A stretch of DNA of 64,000 nucleotides from Sphyrna mokarran (taxonomy: Eukaryota). The stretch lies in NCBI GenBank assembly GCA_024679065.1, contig JAGIQG010000012.1:86800001-86864000 (forward strand), given 5' to 3'. Position numbers and translations under genes: made by a program. Below the pieces are notes generated by a model. The model searched no databases. It was not told where the DNA came from and was given only the letters and a program-made list of their open reading frames with translations. Positions 62,341 to 64,000 of the stretch are shown one piece after another. Positions within the stretch are counted from its first letter, which is position 1, and every line of letters starts with the position of its first letter.

Positions 62341-64000
62341 AATTAAAGAAAGTGCTGGGAAAACTCGGCAGGTCAAGCAGCATCTGAAACAGCATTAACT
62401 TTTCAGGTTACAGTGTTTATTTCGGTTTTCCAGAATTGGCAGTATTTTACTTCTGTAGGGAGCAAGACGGATTCCTCTCATTCATATGTGACAGCCTGTT
62501 ACATATCAAACTAAAGATTTTGAACATTCTCACAACAGAGGGTGATGAGAACTGGAATACAAAGAATGTTCAGGCTTTCTCTGTGTGGAGATGATGTTCC
62601 TGTTGGAAGAAAGAAGGTACCCTGAGCCCACAGACATGTAGTAACTCCCCAACAACATTATCTTCCAGTTTCTGTGACCATTTCTCCAAACAGACATTCC
62701 ACACTATCTATAATGGATGTTTTCAATAATAATTTGATTTTCACTGAACACATTCTTGTTTAAAGTCAACTGGGTGTTAACTGAGGTCATATCTGTGTAG
62801 TTTGGCTTTAAGAGTTCTTATTTCCCATTAACCAAAGAGCTATTTAAACCCTGTAATGGTCAATGATAGGACAAGCATCCCATATCAAGAGCTATCTGCC
62901 TTGGGTGAAGATAATCTAGTTAAAGGCAGATTAATTTGTCTTCCTCCCCTTAACGAAGTTGTGTTTTCCTTTATATGATAATCCTGTTACTTTGTCAGAG
63001 GGAACTAGTTTAATTTTGCTGTTCCATAGCTTCACTAGAACTGCCATCACTGCATTGTTGAGCCCGTTCTTAATGGCCATTCTTAGAAAGCGTTGCCCTG
63101 TGCTACATGACAAAGGTACAGTTGTTAATGACTATACAAGCTTAAATTATTTTAAATCCAAAATCTGGCCCCACTGAGTTAACATAATTAAGCAAGTTAG
63201 TGTGGATCTGGTTAATGCTCCGGTAATGGACATGTATAAAGATTTAACCCTTGTCAGTCACAGGATGCTTTCATGGTGACATTGCATTCGAGGGCAATTG
63301 GGAATGAGCAATAAATGCTGGCTTAGCTAGCAACGTCTACATCCCATCAACAAATAAAAATAATCAGGGAACATTACTGAATCAGATCAGGGTATATTCT
63401 GATTGAGTAGAAAATTCCTAATGACTGAACAGACCTTCCAACATTTCAATCCCAGTTACTGGATATGTGGCTTCTTCTACAATAGCACAGGGAATAGTTT
63501 ATTTTGTTTTACAGTTAATACAACACATATGTACACATTGATGTTGTCATAATGGGATAGGAAAGTAACCTGTACAATATGTAGCAGCTAGGTAGCAGGA
63601 GGCAGCTATAAAGTGAGTGTTGGAAGGTAAATGGTGTGTTGTGCCCTGGTTGAGACCGTCACACCAGCAATTGAACATGATGTTCTATGCATTCCTCAAC
63701 TTGCTACAAGTGCCAAAGTTTATTGGGTTAGGTGCCTTGATTCCAAGCTATGATAGCCAAACAAAGCTGCAAGACTTGGGCTAACGAAGAAAGCTGGCCT
63801 GCTCCACGCTCACCAATTCAGAGAGGTCTCCAGCTGGTGAATTATTGTAGCTCCATTGGCAAAAACATCTCACCCGGAGGTAATCAAAACCAGAACCAGG
63901 AGGATCTCTAAAGGAGGTGAATGTGCCTCTGCCTGTGCTGGAGAGTCATCTGGGACTGAGCAGCCTCTCCCTCTGGTTACAGGATAGCATCTTCCAGTGT

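Overview
Vertebrate DNA, very likely from an elasmobranch (shark): it carries HE1-like V-SINEs, Deu-domain SINEs, many CR1 subfamilies and Rex1/Babar, RTE, Penelope-like and Harbinger-like remnants. Most of the window is nested transposon debris, and nearly all ORFs in the supplied track are LINE fragments or noise. One real host gene could be assembled by eye on the + strand. It is a B7/butyrophilin-type Ig-superfamily membrane protein: signal exon 43894-43963, IgV 45052-45393, IgC 50748-51032 and TM exon from 55966, joined by phase-1 GT-AG introns to give 262 aa. It has two odd features. First, the IgV lacks the canonical F-strand Cys (DSGLYRL) but has an extra A-strand Cys. Second, an in-frame TGA sits right after the TM helix (YWSC*PDEKRCLQ), with splice donors 24-28 nt downstream and a further open ~70-codon cytoplasmic exon (57588-57799). 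A CpG-island, probably bidirectional, promoter lies at ~11.65-12.08 kb. Candidate non-coding exons lie at ~33.1 kb (next to a GT...AC fold-back intron) and ~34.1 kb. Repeat boundaries are by-eye estimates and no database search was possible.
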